A stretch of 64,000 nucleotides of DNA from Candidatus Spongiisociaceae bacterium (GCA_965219685.1 CBDCOH010000002.1:448001-512000), one strand, 5' to 3'; shown: positions 41,101 through 50,233, counted from the first letter of the stretch. Notes: generated by a model from the letters alone, not told the origin. A program made the numbers and translations.

Positions 41101-41561
41101 ACGCCGATGTTGGTTTGCTACCCACCCCGGTCTTCTTCTACGGGCTTGAGGAGGGCGAGGAGTGCGTGTTCGACATCGAACCGGGGAAGCGCCTCATAGT
41201 GAAGTACCACACCATTGGCGAACCGCAGCCGGACGGTACTCGAGCCATCTTCTTCGAACTGAACGGGGCGCCCCGCGAGGTGCGCGTGCGCGACAGGTCC
41301 CTACAGACCGACCGACCGGTGGCCCGGAAAGCCGACAGCGGCAACTCTGGTCATGTCGGCGCTCCAACTCCTGGTGTGGTGACGGGTCTGTTCGTCGCGG
41401 TCGGCGACGAGGTGACGGCGAACAGCAAGCTGCTCACCCTCGAGGCGATGAAGATGCAGAGCACCATATACGCCCCGGACACCGGGCGGGTCAAGGAACT
41501 GCTGGTGCGAGCCGGAAGCCAGGTGGAGGCCAAGGACCTGCTGGTGATTGGTGATTGGTGA
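38121..41561 (+). CDS. pyc: Pyruvate carboxylase
   Basis: ANRGEIA, RDCSVQRRHQK, RDAHQS, WGGATFD, IKDMAG, HTHD, EAMKM biotin site; 1146 aa. Confidence 0.97.
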   Translation: MKKIMAANRGEIAIRIMRAATELGLRTATIYSNEDRLSLHRFKADEAYEIGGDKGPVAAYLDIDGIVALAKERAVDAIHPGYGFLSENSTFSRACAEAGITFVGPSPELLESLGDKTAARRLAEQAGVPTVPGTGLAPDEPGEIVAVAESVGYPLIVKASFGGGGRGMRVVNSPDELLGKLEEARGEAQRTFGDGSVFLERYIARARHVEVQILADSHGSVVHLWERDCSVQRRHQKVVELAPAPNLADDLRDEICAAAIRVARTTGYVNAGTVEFLLDARTGEWFFIEVNPRIQVEHTVTELITGIDLVRSQILVAQGHRLHEAPISIPPQTEISRRGTAIQCRITTEDPENEFSPDYGRLQTYRSPGGLGIRLDGTAYGGAVLSPFYDSLLVKLTSWDTNLPDACTRADRALQEFRIRGVQTNIQFLRNVINHPDFRNGVATTHFLDETPELFKIKPSRDRANRLLRYIGDTILNGNPTVAGKEHPKNLKAPPMVPVDMSVQPPPGTRDLLLEMGPDRFSDWVFDQRRLLVTDTTFRDAHQSLLATRVRTYDLLGTAGAVARRLPNLFSLEMWGGATFDAALRFLYEDPWERLRLMREAIPNICFQMLLRASNAVGYTSYPDNVVREFTIEAARQGIDIFRVFDSLNDVRNMEVAIEAVRSTHAICEAAICYTGDLLDPGRPKYSLEYYVELARRLKEMGAHLLCIKDMAGLCRPYAADQLVRVLREEVGMPIHFHTHDASGVQAATLIKGGEAGIDVIDAAVAAVSGSTSQPNLNTMVGSLKGTERDTELDSEALGDCSLYWETVRTYYQPFDNSPKSGSARLYDHEIPGGQFTNLQQQAEALGLGRRWREVEEMYADVNQMLGDIVKVTPSSKVVGDLALFLLSKGMTCDEVRRLPADHNVGFPESVVDMMRGSLGEPPGGWPEDIRRILLCRNEPIEGRAGAELPSADIDAAVDAATELLEREAEWADGLSYLLYPVEFTNFAETRHKYADVGLLPTPVFFYGLEEGEECVFDIEPGKRLIVKYHTIGEPQPDGTRAIFFELNGAPREVRVRDRSLQTDRPVARKADSGNSGHVGAPTPGVVTGLFVAVGDEVTANSKLLTLEAMKMQSTIYAPDTGRVKELLVRAGSQVEAKDLLVIGDW

Positions 41562-41600
41562 TTGGTGACGTGTAAGCCATTCACCATTCACCATTCACTA
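41542..41600. repeat. Opposed heptamer arrays (TGGTGAT)x~4 and (CCATTCA)x3 between convergent genes
   Basis: 41542-41568 and 41577-41597; near-complementary, and each overlaps or abuts a stop codon. Confidence 0.93.
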
Positions 41601-42485
41601 CTCCAGGCCGAACATGACCTCGCGCAGGTTGACCGTGGTGGTGTGGAACCGTTGCGGATCGAGCCTCGCCGAGCCTATGCGGAGGCCCGCCATCCCGTCC
41701 GCGAAGGAGGTGCGTACCCGGAGACCGCTCTCCTCGAACTCGAGGACCCCCAGACCCAGGCATCGGCCACTCCGGTCGTGAATCCCCACGATCAACCGAT
41801 CGAGTCGCGATAGGTCGAAACCGGCCGGAAGGCTGGGGGCGAATACGGTGGGGCGGACCCTCCACCGCTGCAAGGGCTCACTCAGGGCTGCTACGAACCT
41901 CGACGCCCGCAGTTCCATGCGTTCCTCCGGGTTCATGGGAATCAGACCCGCGGGAGCGGCGACCGTCAGGACCTGGGCGGAGAGGAAGCGACGCAGGAGT
42001 CCCACCAGTGGCTCCATCTCGGACCCCCTCTGGAATGCCACCACCACGTCGGGTCGCGTGAGTTCCACCTTGTGGTACTTAAGGGTCTGGCCGGTCACGC
42101 CGGAGATCGTCCCGCTGGTGTCCACGACGATGAGGTCGGCTTCGGCCCGGGCCGACTCCACGAGAGAGGCGACGGCCGCGACCTGAGGCAGCCGGAAGCG
42201 GTCCGGGGCGATTTCCCCTACGAACCGGAGATCGTCGGCTTGAGCAAGCGTCTCCAGGTCGTTGCCGGACCGGAGCCACTTAAGACCCACGCAGGTAGGG
42301 GGTCCCACCGTCGGGTGGGCGAGATCGCTGTCGACGTACGCGACGGTCTGCTCCAGCGAGAGAGCTCTCTCGATGAGTAGCCGGGAGAAGGTCGTCTTCC
42401 CGGTGTCAGGCGCGCCGATCATCATCACCACCCCACCGGTTTCGGCGAGGCGCGCGGCGAGGTCGCTGTGAATCAGATCGCCCAT
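41598..42485 (-). CDS. Clp1/Grc3-like polynucleotide 5'-kinase
   Basis: Walker A GAPDTGKTT, DSD....VGPP, VDTSG, LK..K; start set at ATG 42485. Confidence 0.75.
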   Translation of the reverse strand: MGDLIHSDLAARLAETGGVVMMIGAPDTGKTTFSRLLIERALSLEQTVAYVDSDLAHPTVGPPTCVGLKWLRSGNDLETLAQADDLRFVGEIAPDRFRLPQVAAVASLVESARAEADLIVVDTSGTISGVTGQTLKYHKVELTRPDVVVAFQRGSEMEPLVGLLRRFLSAQVLTVAAPAGLIPMNPEERMELRASRFVAALSEPLQRWRVRPTVFAPSLPAGFDLSRLDRLIVGIHDRSGRCLGLGVLEFEESGLRVRTSFADGMAGLRIGSARLDPQRFHTTTVNLREVMFGLE

Positions 42486-42700
42486 GGTCCAATGGTAAAC
42501 AAGACCGCGGGTGACCGGGTGGATGGGCGTCACCGTGAGAGCGTGTTGGTACGCATCGATAGCTGGTGTGCCCCTGTTTCTGGACTCGGACCCCGGGGCT
42601 GCCAATTCGTGACGAGCCACTCGCGTCGCAAGCGCGAGACCCGAACAGTGCCATGGAGGATGGCAAAGTGACTCGATCTAACGTTAGCCGTCGAGCACCA

Positions 42701-42742
42701 ACTAGAAACTACAGACTACCGACTAGGAACTATTCATCTAGG
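42701..42742. repeat. Degenerate ACTANNN heptamer run ending in a 22-bp motif shared with 50249-50270
   Basis: actagaa-actacag-actaccg-actagga-acta; GACTAGGAACTATTCATCTAGG at 42721-42742. Confidence 0.75.
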
Positions 42743-42777
42743 CTGGGGTCGGTCAGTCACCGGAGCGAGTGGGGACG

Positions 42778-43032
42778 ATGGAAGCAGAGATACTCATAAC
42801 CAATCCCGCGGGTCTTCACGCCCGACCAGCCGCCGAGTTCGTGAAACGCGCCAAAGCGTCTCCATCGACGATAAGGGTCACCGCCAACGGTAAGACTGTC
42901 AACGCCAAGAGCATGCTCGGGATACTCAAGCTCGGGGCCACCAAGGGCACTCTCGTCGTCGTCGAGGTGGACGGGGATGACGCTTCCGATCTCATCGCCG
43001 ACTTCACGGCCCTCCTGTCGGTAGAGGGCTGA
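42778..43032 (+). CDS. ptsH: Phosphocarrier protein HPr
   Basis: GLHARPAA (phospho-His) and NAKSMLGIL (regulatory Ser). Confidence 0.95.
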   Translation: MEAEILITNPAGLHARPAAEFVKRAKASPSTIRVTANGKTVNAKSMLGILKLGATKGTLVVVEVDGDDASDLIADFTALLSVEG

Positions 43033-43038
43033 TCCTTG

Positions 43039-43123
43039 TGGTGAGTGGTGAGTGGTGAGTGGTGAATGGTGAACTTAGGTTACTTAACTAACACTTAACA
43101 CCTAACGCCAAACACCTAAACCT
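43039..43123. repeat. Heptamer arrays (TGGTGAR)x5 and degenerate (TAACACY)x5 between convergent ptsH and ptsI
   Basis: 43039-43073 and 43089-43123; the second abuts the ptsI stop. Confidence 0.9.
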
Positions 43124-44818
43124 TCAGACTTCGCTCACGATCCGTCTTACCTCGGTCGCGTCGGCGGCGGCCAGGGACAGGTCGGCGAGCCGGCGGCACG
43201 TGCCAAGGTCAAGGGAGCGGACCCTGTCCTTGATGGTGGGAACGGCCGGAATCGCTACCGAGAGTTCCGTCACGCCCAAGCCGATCAGTATCGGGACGGC
43301 GAGGGGGTCACCGGCCATCGCTCCGCACACACCCACCCAGCAACCGGAGGAACGGGCCGCGGAAGTGGTCTCAGCGATGAGTCGGAGCACAGCCGGGTCG
43401 AATGAGTCGGCCCGATGGGCGACCTCCCGGTTGGTGCGGTCCACTGCCAGGGTGTATTGGGTGAGATCGTTCGTTCCGATCGAGAAGAAGTCGACGTCGG
43501 TCGCCAGCCGGGAGGCCACTAGGGCCGCCGAGGGAACCTCGATCATTATCCCCACCTGGTAGTCGGTGGCATACTCCAGGCCGTCGCGATCCAGCGACTC
43601 CTCGGCCTCCGCCAGGGCTGCACGGAAGTCCAACACATCGGCCCTTCCCGCCACCATGGGCGCCATGATCGCGAGCCGTCCCTCTGTGCCTGCCCTCAGC
43701 AGGGCCCTCAGCTGGTCTTGCATCAGGTGCGGGCGGGCCAAGGCCAGCCGGATGCCTCGCAGGCCTAGGAAGGGATTGAGTTCCTCTCCGATCTCGATAC
43801 CGGGAACCTGCTTGTCCCCGCCTACGTCGAGGGTGCGAACCACCACCAGCTCATTCCCGAAGGTGGAGAGAACCGTACGGTACGCCTCGTACTGCTCGTC
43901 CTCGTCGACCGGGCGGCTCCTGTCGAGGAACAGGAACTCGGTCCGGAACAGGCCGACACCCTCCGCGCCCAGGGAGATTGCACGCGCCGCGTCCTGATCG
44001 GATCCGATGTTGGCCGCGACCTCGATCCTGGTCCCGTCCGATGTCACCGCCGCTTCGCCTGCTCGGAGGGCAGCGCCCGCCTGCGCTTTCCGCTCCTTGG
44101 ACTGCCGCTTCCTCAACGACTCCAGCGCCTCGTCGGAGGGATCTATGTAGACCTTGCCGGTGGTCCCGTCGAAGGCCATCGTGGTACCCGGCTCGAGGTC
44201 CGGAAGATCGACTCCCACCACTGCGGGGAGGTCCATTCCCCGGGCGAACACGGCTATGTGGGAAGTGGCGCTTCCCTCCGCTGTGCACAGGCCGATCGCC
44301 ATGCCGGGAGGGATGGTGGCTGTCTCGGAAGGGAAGAAGTCCGATGCCACCAGTACCGATGGGACATCCAGGTTGTCCCAGGTGTCCAGAGGCAGCCCCA
44401 GCACCGATCTCAGCAGCTGGTTCCCGACATCGCGAACGTCTGCGGCTCGGGCGGCCAGGTACTCGTCGTCCAGGGACTCCAGCATCCCTGCTGACTCCTC
44501 GGTCACCTGGAGAACGGCCGCTTCGACGCACAAGGACTCGAACTCGATGCGCTCCCGGATCTCACCGGTGAACTCGGGATCCTCAAGAAGCAGGAGGTGA
44601 GCGCCGATGACAGCGGCCTCCTCAGACTCGTCGCCGTGTGCCTCCTGAAGCCCCTCAAGCCTGGTTCGGACGAGCGCCTCGCTGCTGGTCAGGGTATTCA
44701 CTTCGGCCTCCGGATCGTCTACCCGGCGCGGGGTGACATCGGGGAGGCTGGAGGTGTGCAGGTAGACGGGTCCGATCGCGATGCCGGGCGAGGCGCCGAT
44801 CCCGGTTCTCTCGATCAA
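43124..44818 (-). CDS. ptsI: PTS enzyme I
   Basis: TSHIAV.AR, GVGLFRTEF, RTLDVGGDK, NPFLG.RGIR, SIGTNDLTQY, GVCG. Confidence 0.96.
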   Translation of the reverse strand: MIERTGIGASPGIAIGPVYLHTSSLPDVTPRRVDDPEAEVNTLTSSEALVRTRLEGLQEAHGDESEEAAVIGAHLLLLEDPEFTGEIRERIEFESLCVEAAVLQVTEESAGMLESLDDEYLAARAADVRDVGNQLLRSVLGLPLDTWDNLDVPSVLVASDFFPSETATIPPGMAIGLCTAEGSATSHIAVFARGMDLPAVVGVDLPDLEPGTTMAFDGTTGKVYIDPSDEALESLRKRQSKERKAQAGAALRAGEAAVTSDGTRIEVAANIGSDQDAARAISLGAEGVGLFRTEFLFLDRSRPVDEDEQYEAYRTVLSTFGNELVVVRTLDVGGDKQVPGIEIGEELNPFLGLRGIRLALARPHLMQDQLRALLRAGTEGRLAIMAPMVAGRADVLDFRAALAEAEESLDRDGLEYATDYQVGIMIEVPSAALVASRLATDVDFFSIGTNDLTQYTLAVDRTNREVAHRADSFDPAVLRLIAETTSAARSSGCWVGVCGAMAGDPLAVPILIGLGVTELSVAIPAVPTIKDRVRSLDLGTCRRLADLSLAAADATEVRRIVSEV

Positions 44819-44912
44819 CGTGACCGCCCGGCGAGCGCTTCGGTAGTAGCGGCGAGCCGCTCGCTGGGCGCCTCATGGCGTTCGTCTCTCACTCCCGTTA
44901 GACGGTAGCGCA

Positions 44913-45755
44913 TCACGAGGCTCCGTTGTCGCGCAGTGTCTCGATGAAGCTGTGGTGGATGGACCCGTTGCTGGCCACCACGAACGGATCGGAGGGCCCG
45001 ACGGGATCGCCGAGCTGATTGGTGACCGTCCCGCCCGCCTCCATGACGAGGAGCGTGCCTGCGCCCATGTCCCAGGGGGAGAGGTCCTCCTCCCAATAGC
45101 CATCCATCTTTCCGCAGGCCACCATGCACATATCGAGGGATGCCGCACCCAGCCGCCGGATTCCCTGAGCTGCCGCCAGGACCCTGCGGAAGCGGGTATC
45201 GCAGATCTCGACCCGTTGCCCTCTGTCATACGGGAAGCCGGTGGTGACCAGCGCCTCGTCGAAGTTCTTGACGGTGCTGACCACGATGGGTGTGCCGTTC
45301 ACCCGGGCGCCGGCCCCGGCCACCGCCGTGTACTCGTCCCCGTTCATCGCGTCCACCACGACTCCCACGGTCGGGGCGTCATCGATCCAGAGAGCCACCG
45401 ACACACCCATCCAGGGGAACCCGTGGATGAAGTTGGTGGTGCCGTCCAAAGGGTCGACCAGCCATACCCTTCCCGAACCGGGTAGGCTGCCGCCCCACTC
45501 CTCGCTGACCACCGGGTCCCGCTCCCGATGCAGGGTCAGCAGGTCGAGGATGGCTCGCTCCGATCGGTGGTCCACTTCCGTGACCGGATCGGCGTCCGCC
45601 TTGAAGGCGACCTCGGTCGGTTGTTTCAATCCCGAAGCTACCGCGGCGGCGCCGGCGCGGGCCGCGATCAGCGCGACCTGCAGATCGGACGCAGCGCTCC
45701 GCGAAGACGTGTGATCGGCGCCGGGTCCCGAGCTGTCACCCGGCCGGCTAGGCAT
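44913..45755 (-). CDS. Inositol monophosphatase-family protein
   Basis: DPVTEVD, SEE, WLVDPLDGTTNF, GAASLD, PWD. Confidence 0.92.
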   Translation of the reverse strand: MPSRPGDSSGPGADHTSSRSAASDLQVALIAARAGAAAVASGLKQPTEVAFKADADPVTEVDHRSERAILDLLTLHRERDPVVSEEWGGSLPGSGRVWLVDPLDGTTNFIHGFPWMGVSVALWIDDAPTVGVVVDAMNGDEYTAVAGAGARVNGTPIVVSTVKNFDEALVTTGFPYDRGQRVEICDTRFRRVLAAAQGIRRLGAASLDMCMVACGKMDGYWEEDLSPWDMGAGTLLVMEAGGTVTNQLGDPVGPSDPFVVASNGSIHHSFIETLRDNGAS

Positions 45756-46054
45756 CAGCGCCGGCGGGGCAGGTCGGCCGCTTTCAGGAGGGAGCCGTTG
45801 GCGTCGAGAATGCCGATCTTGGTTCCGATGGTGGCGGGGCTGGCCGCGAACAGGTCGGCGCGGTTGATGATCAGGTATCGATAGCCTTCAAGCGGGCGGA
45901 GTCTCTTGACGGTCTTCTTGATCTGCTTGTGGTCGGCCGCGATACCGAGGGAACCTCTCGAGCAGATCAGATCGGCGTGCCCGCTCGGGTCCGGCTCGGC
46001 TGACAGCTTGTTCACCATGGCCTGGCGCAACTGGTCGTGGGTCATTCGGGACAT
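45755..46054 (-). CDS. Hypothetical protein, 99 aa
   Basis: ATG with upstream AGGTG; stop overlaps the next start (TGATG). Confidence 0.65.
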   Translation of the reverse strand: MSRMTHDQLRQAMVNKLSAEPDPSGHADLICSRGSLGIAADHKQIKKTVKRLRPLEGYRYLIINRADLFAASPATIGTKIGILDANGSLLKAADLPRRR

Positions 46055-46115
46055 TTTTTCACCTGGGAGACTGGGATTGCGTGCCCATCATATCGGGGGA
46101 AGGTCAGGGCGCAGG

Positions 46116-47222
46116 CTAGGGCATCCGCGATCGGAGCATCTCCGTCAGCTGTCCGTTCGGATCCGGTCCGAGGACAGACTCCCACCCTCCTGCGTCCAGG
46201 GCAAGCACCAGATCGTCCACACCGTCCACCCGGTCGTCGCTCAAGGTCAGGCCGGCCGCGATGGCGTCGCACAGGGCGTCGACAGGCAAACCCCTCCGAG
46301 CCGCTTCGCGTGCCGGGCCGACCAGGCGTTCGCCTGGCCCCAGCTTGATCAACGGGTTACGCGCCACCCGCCGGACGGGATCCACCAGGGCGGTGTTGGC
46401 GAATCTCTCCAGGTTGGAACGGCCGTAGTCCACGAGATCACCCGCGTTCCACTCTCCGGACCGGCCGGCGAGGACCGCGGCCATCGCCTCGAGCATCTCC
46501 TCCAGGCGGGTGCGGATGCCAGGATCGGAGACCGCTTGGGCGATCGTCTCATGACCTGCCTGCAAACCGAGAAAGGCCGACGCGGCGTGCAGTCCGTTGA
46601 CCAGCCACAGCTTTCTCGTCCGGTACACGCCCAGGTTGTGCACCAACTCCAGGCCGGCTACCCGGGGCGGGCGCCCGATCCATGCATCTGCGGCCACCTT
46701 GAACTCGAAGCTGGACTCCACCTCGACCGACAGGTCTGGGCCGGCCGAGCCCGGCACCACCCGGTCGACGAGGGTCTCCGGGAAACCCACCTCCGGCACC
46801 TGACCGATGAGGCTCTCCACGTGGTGCCGTAGCAGCGCCGTGTTGGGGTCGGCGTTCTCGCAGGCCAGAACGTTGCGGATCCGGCTGTCTCCCCTGCGGA
46901 GGGCTGCTGCGATGGTCGGGGCCACCCTTTCGAGTATCCGGGGTCCCACCGCGGTACACACCAGTTCTGCCGAGGCAGTGGCGGCCGCGGCCCTGTCGGT
47001 GTCAGTCCCGTCGACTCCGCTGACCCTCTCGATCAACTCCGAGGACCGGCCGCCGTGCTCCACCACGATCACCCGGTAGGACCTCCGGCGGTTCAGAAGA
47101 CCCACGAGTCCGGGCGCGACGTCCACGAATACCACTTCCCAACCGGCCCGGCCGAACAGCCATCCCAGCAGGCCCCTTCCTATGTTGCCGGCGCCGAAGA
47201 CGACGACACGTCGCCCGGTCAC
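46116..47222 (-). CDS. mtlD: Mannitol-1-phosphate 5-dehydrogenase
   Basis: FGAGNIGRG, TAVG, ACEN, VDRVVP, RKL..VN..H, RVARNP..KL...ERL; GTG 47222 overlaps the EIIA stop. Confidence 0.92.
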   Translation of the reverse strand: MTGRRVVVFGAGNIGRGLLGWLFGRAGWEVVFVDVAPGLVGLLNRRRSYRVIVVEHGGRSSELIERVSGVDGTDTDRAAAATASAELVCTAVGPRILERVAPTIAAALRRGDSRIRNVLACENADPNTALLRHHVESLIGQVPEVGFPETLVDRVVPGSAGPDLSVEVESSFEFKVAADAWIGRPPRVAGLELVHNLGVYRTRKLWLVNGLHAASAFLGLQAGHETIAQAVSDPGIRTRLEEMLEAMAAVLAGRSGEWNAGDLVDYGRSNLERFANTALVDPVRRVARNPLIKLGPGERLVGPAREAARRGLPVDALCDAIAAGLTLSDDRVDGVDDLVLALDAGGWESVLGPDPNGQLTEMLRSRMP

Positions 47223-47665
47223 TCCGCGGGGGAGGAGAGGACCTCCCGGACGTACCCGGCGTCGGTTGTGGCGGCCAGGCGGGCGCACAACTCCTCGTCG
47301 TCCAGGACGTCGGCCAGATGGGACATCACCGCCAGGTGTTCCTCGCCGATGGCAGCCAGCCCGAACACAAGGAATGCGACGTCGTCCTCGTCGCCCCATG
47401 GGACTCCGGCCGGATACTGGGCTAGGACCAGGGCTGTGCGCCTGATCAGGCCACGATCCTCGTATGTGCAGTGGGGGAGGGCGATCCCGTTGCCCAGATA
47501 GGTCGAGATAACCGCCTCCCTGGCAAGCATCGACTCCCCGTAGCCATCCTCCACGGCCCCCAGGTCGGACAACATTCCCGACACCCGAGCCACGGCCTCT
47601 TCCAGGGTCGAACCCTCCTCGCCCAGGGTGATGGCCTCGACCGCGGTAACGGATTCTGCAGTCAT
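47219..47665 (-). CDS. mtlF: PTS mannitol-type EIIA component
   Basis: STYLGNGIALPH, GV.W, EEHL. Confidence 0.88.
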   Translation of the reverse strand: MTAESVTAVEAITLGEEGSTLEEAVARVSGMLSDLGAVEDGYGESMLAREAVISTYLGNGIALPHCTYEDRGLIRRTALVLAQYPAGVPWGDEDDVAFLVFGLAAIGEEHLAVMSHLADVLDDEELCARLAATTDAGYVREVLSSPAE

Positions 47666-47678
47666 GTCCCGTTACCTC

Positions 47679-48002
47679 TCAGATTCCCTCGACGTCGGCG
47701 CCTGCGGACAGGTCGGCGACCAGTTTGACCAGGGACGGGTCGTTGAAGAAGATCTTGAACGGGACCACCGCCGCCTCGGGTGCGACCTGTTTCACCCGGG
47801 AAGCCAACCCTGCATGGGTGACCACCACATCGGCGCCTGCCGGTATGTCGTGAACCGGCGCGTGGCTGACCTTGATCTTGAGTTTGGCCTTCTTGAGCTT
47901 CTTCTTGAGGAAGTTCGTGACCATGAGGCTCGAGCCCATCCCTGCCTCGCACGCCAGGACGATCCAGCTGACATCCGAGGCCGCCTTCGTTACTGAACTC
48001 AT
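47679..48002 (-). CDS. PTS mannitol-type EIIB component
   Basis: ACEAGMGSS phospho-Cys loop; start at ATG 48002. Confidence 0.88.
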   Translation of the reverse strand: MSSVTKAASDVSWIVLACEAGMGSSLMVTNFLKKKLKKAKLKIKVSHAPVHDIPAGADVVVTHAGLASRVKQVAPEAAVVPFKIFFNDPSLVKLVADLSAGADVEGI

Positions 48003-48023
48003 GTTGATGATCCTTCTGTTCGC

Positions 48024-48062
48024 AAAGTGGAAGAGCCTCCCCGAGGGAGGCTCTTCCACTTT
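48024..48062. terminator. Perfect 18-bp stem-loop between EIIC and EIIB
   Basis: AAAGTGGAAGAGCCTCCC-CGA-GGGAGGCTCTTCCACTTT. Confidence 0.7.
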
Positions 48063-48081
48063 AGAGAGTTGCTTGTGGTGT

Positions 48082-49176
48082 TCAGCCCGTGGGGATGCTG
48101 GGCATGGTACCGATCATCTCGTCGGTTCCCTCCTGCTCCTTGACGGGAGATATCCGCAGCAACAGCGTTCCTACCACGAAGGCAGCGGCTGCTGCGGCCA
48201 GAACCCCTAAGAGGACCCCGAAGTGTTGTCCTCTCGGTATCACCGCGAGGTAGGCGAAGATCGAACCCGGTGAAGGCGTTGCGGTCAGCCCCGCATCGAA
48301 TATCACGAAGATGATGTCGGCGAGGATACCTCCGGCCCACACGGACAGGATCATGATGGGGTGCATGAGGATGTACGGGAAGTAGACCTCATGGATTCCA
48401 CCGAAGAAGTGGATCACGATCGCGCCGGGTGCCGACAGCTTGGCCAGGCCCTTGCCGGCGAACCAGTAGGCCAGCAGCAATCCCAGTCCGGGTCCCGGGT
48501 TGGTCTCGAGCAGGAAGTAGATCGAGCGCCCGGTCTCCGCGGTATCGGCGACGCCCAGCGGACCGAGCACCCCGTGATTGATGGCGTTGTTCAGGAACAA
48601 CACCTTCCCCACTTCGATCGGGATGTCCGCCAGCGGTAGCAGCCCGGCGTCGGTGATCCCCTCGACCAGGTTCCCGAAGAAGGTTGCGATCGCGGCCATG
48701 ATCGGACCGATGATCCACTTGCCGAGAATGGCCAGGATGAAGCCGAGGATTCCGGCCGAGAAGTTGTTGTACAGCATCTCGAACCCGACTGCGACCTTGT
48801 CCTCGAAGGCCTCGTCGATCTTCATGAGGATCCAGGCGGCCAGGGGACCGACCAGCATCGCGCCGAGGAACTGGGGCGGATCGCCCGTGGCGCCGCTTGC
48901 AAGTTCGAAATCGGCGCCCACGATGATTCCCATCGTGGCAATGGCGCCCATCACCCCTCCACGGTGCCCGTACACCATCTTGCCTCCTGTGAACCCGATC
49001 AGTACGGGCAGCAGGTATACGATGATCGGGCCGACCAACTCGGAGAGACTCTCGTTGGGTGTCCATCCGGTGGGAATGAAAAAGGCGGTGATCAGTCCCC
49101 AGGCGAGAATCGCGCCGATGTTGGGGATGACCATGCCCGCCATATACCCTCCGAACTTCTGCAGACGTGCAAGCAT
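48082..49176 (-). CDS. mtlA: PTS mannitol-specific EIIC component
   Basis: MV.PNIGA..AWG, GFEML.NNFS, FLNNAINHG, ETNPGPG, GGIHE; SD GGAGG supports ATG 49176. Confidence 0.93.
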   Translation of the reverse strand: MLARLQKFGGYMAGMVIPNIGAILAWGLITAFFIPTGWTPNESLSELVGPIIVYLLPVLIGFTGGKMVYGHRGGVMGAIATMGIIVGADFELASGATGDPPQFLGAMLVGPLAAWILMKIDEAFEDKVAVGFEMLYNNFSAGILGFILAILGKWIIGPIMAAIATFFGNLVEGITDAGLLPLADIPIEVGKVLFLNNAINHGVLGPLGVADTAETGRSIYFLLETNPGPGLGLLLAYWFAGKGLAKLSAPGAIVIHFFGGIHEVYFPYILMHPIMILSVWAGGILADIIFVIFDAGLTATPSPGSIFAYLAVIPRGQHFGVLLGVLAAAAAAFVVGTLLLRISPVKEQEGTDEMIGTMPSIPTG

Positions 49177-49277
49177 CCGACCTCCCTGATTGAGAATGCT
49201 TAATCCGATAAACACTAGGTGAGATCCGGCGGGGCTTGCAACTCTTTTCGCGACCTCCGATAGGTGGCTTCGGTCCT

Positions 49278-49934
49278 TCAGGTGCGTGTGATCGTCCGGT
49301 AGGCGGCGGCCCAGGTGGTCGATGCCAGGGCGAGCGCCGGTGTGCCCAGCACCAGCATGCCGATGACGCCCATCGGGGTCCTGCTCGACACGTAGAGCGC
49401 CGCTCCGGCCGGACCGAAGAGAAGCAAACAGATGAGGACGAGCCGAAGGAGCCGGACCCGGTTGCCGCGGGTCAGTTCGGAACTGAGCGCCAGCGCCTCG
49501 AATCCTGCTGCCTTGCGCTCGACTATGAGGAAGGCGTAGAGGCTGTAGATCATCAGCACCATGATCCCGGGCACGACCAGGAAAACGGTTCCGACCGCCA
49601 CCGTGAAGAGGAAAGCCACCGAGGCTCTGACGAACCCGTCGCGAGCCCACCAGTCATCCCCTGAGACCCCGGCCTGCCGGCCGGGCGAGACGGTGGACAG
49701 GGCGGTCCTCGCCAGCGGCCAGGCCGCGTAGCCGCCTAGAGCCAGTCCCAGAAGCCACACCACCAGGTGAGTCCAAAAGTTGTCCGTCGCCTGCCGGATC
49801 AGGAGAACCGCGGTCGGGACGGCCATCACAGAGGCGGAGCGCACCAGAAGGGAGAAGGGACTCCGGCCGAACCCGGCCAAGCCGTCGCCGAAAACGGTAC
49901 CGACGCGGAAAACCGGGGGTTCTCTTCTGGGCAT
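49278..49934 (-). CDS. Hypothetical integral membrane protein
   Basis: Several TM helices; AL..S.ELTRG pattern. Confidence 0.65.
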   Translation of the reverse strand: MPRREPPVFRVGTVFGDGLAGFGRSPFSLLVRSASVMAVPTAVLLIRQATDNFWTHLVVWLLGLALGGYAAWPLARTALSTVSPGRQAGVSGDDWWARDGFVRASVAFLFTVAVGTVFLVVPGIMVLMIYSLYAFLIVERKAAGFEALALSSELTRGNRVRLLRLVLICLLLFGPAGAALYVSSRTPMGVIGMLVLGTPALALASTTWAAAYRTITRT

Positions 49935-50233
49935 GTTGGACCTTCGAAGCGTGCAACCTAGGCTAGTTCGGCCGGGGCTAGGACCCGGCAGGCGCCTTGG
50001 AGCCTTGTGTCTATACGACTAGCTCCAGGGGATCCGACCGGGCGTCACCATACTCTGCGATCGCTACACAACGCTGTGTAACACATCTGTAGCTTGTGTG
50101 CATCTGTTCCTGGACTCAAACCCCTGACTGCCAGTTTTCGTGAAGAGCCGCCTCGGCGTAACCGCGTGACCGAACAGCGCTATAGAGAGCGGCAGATAAG
50201 TCGAGCTAACGCTAACTACCGACAACTATATAT

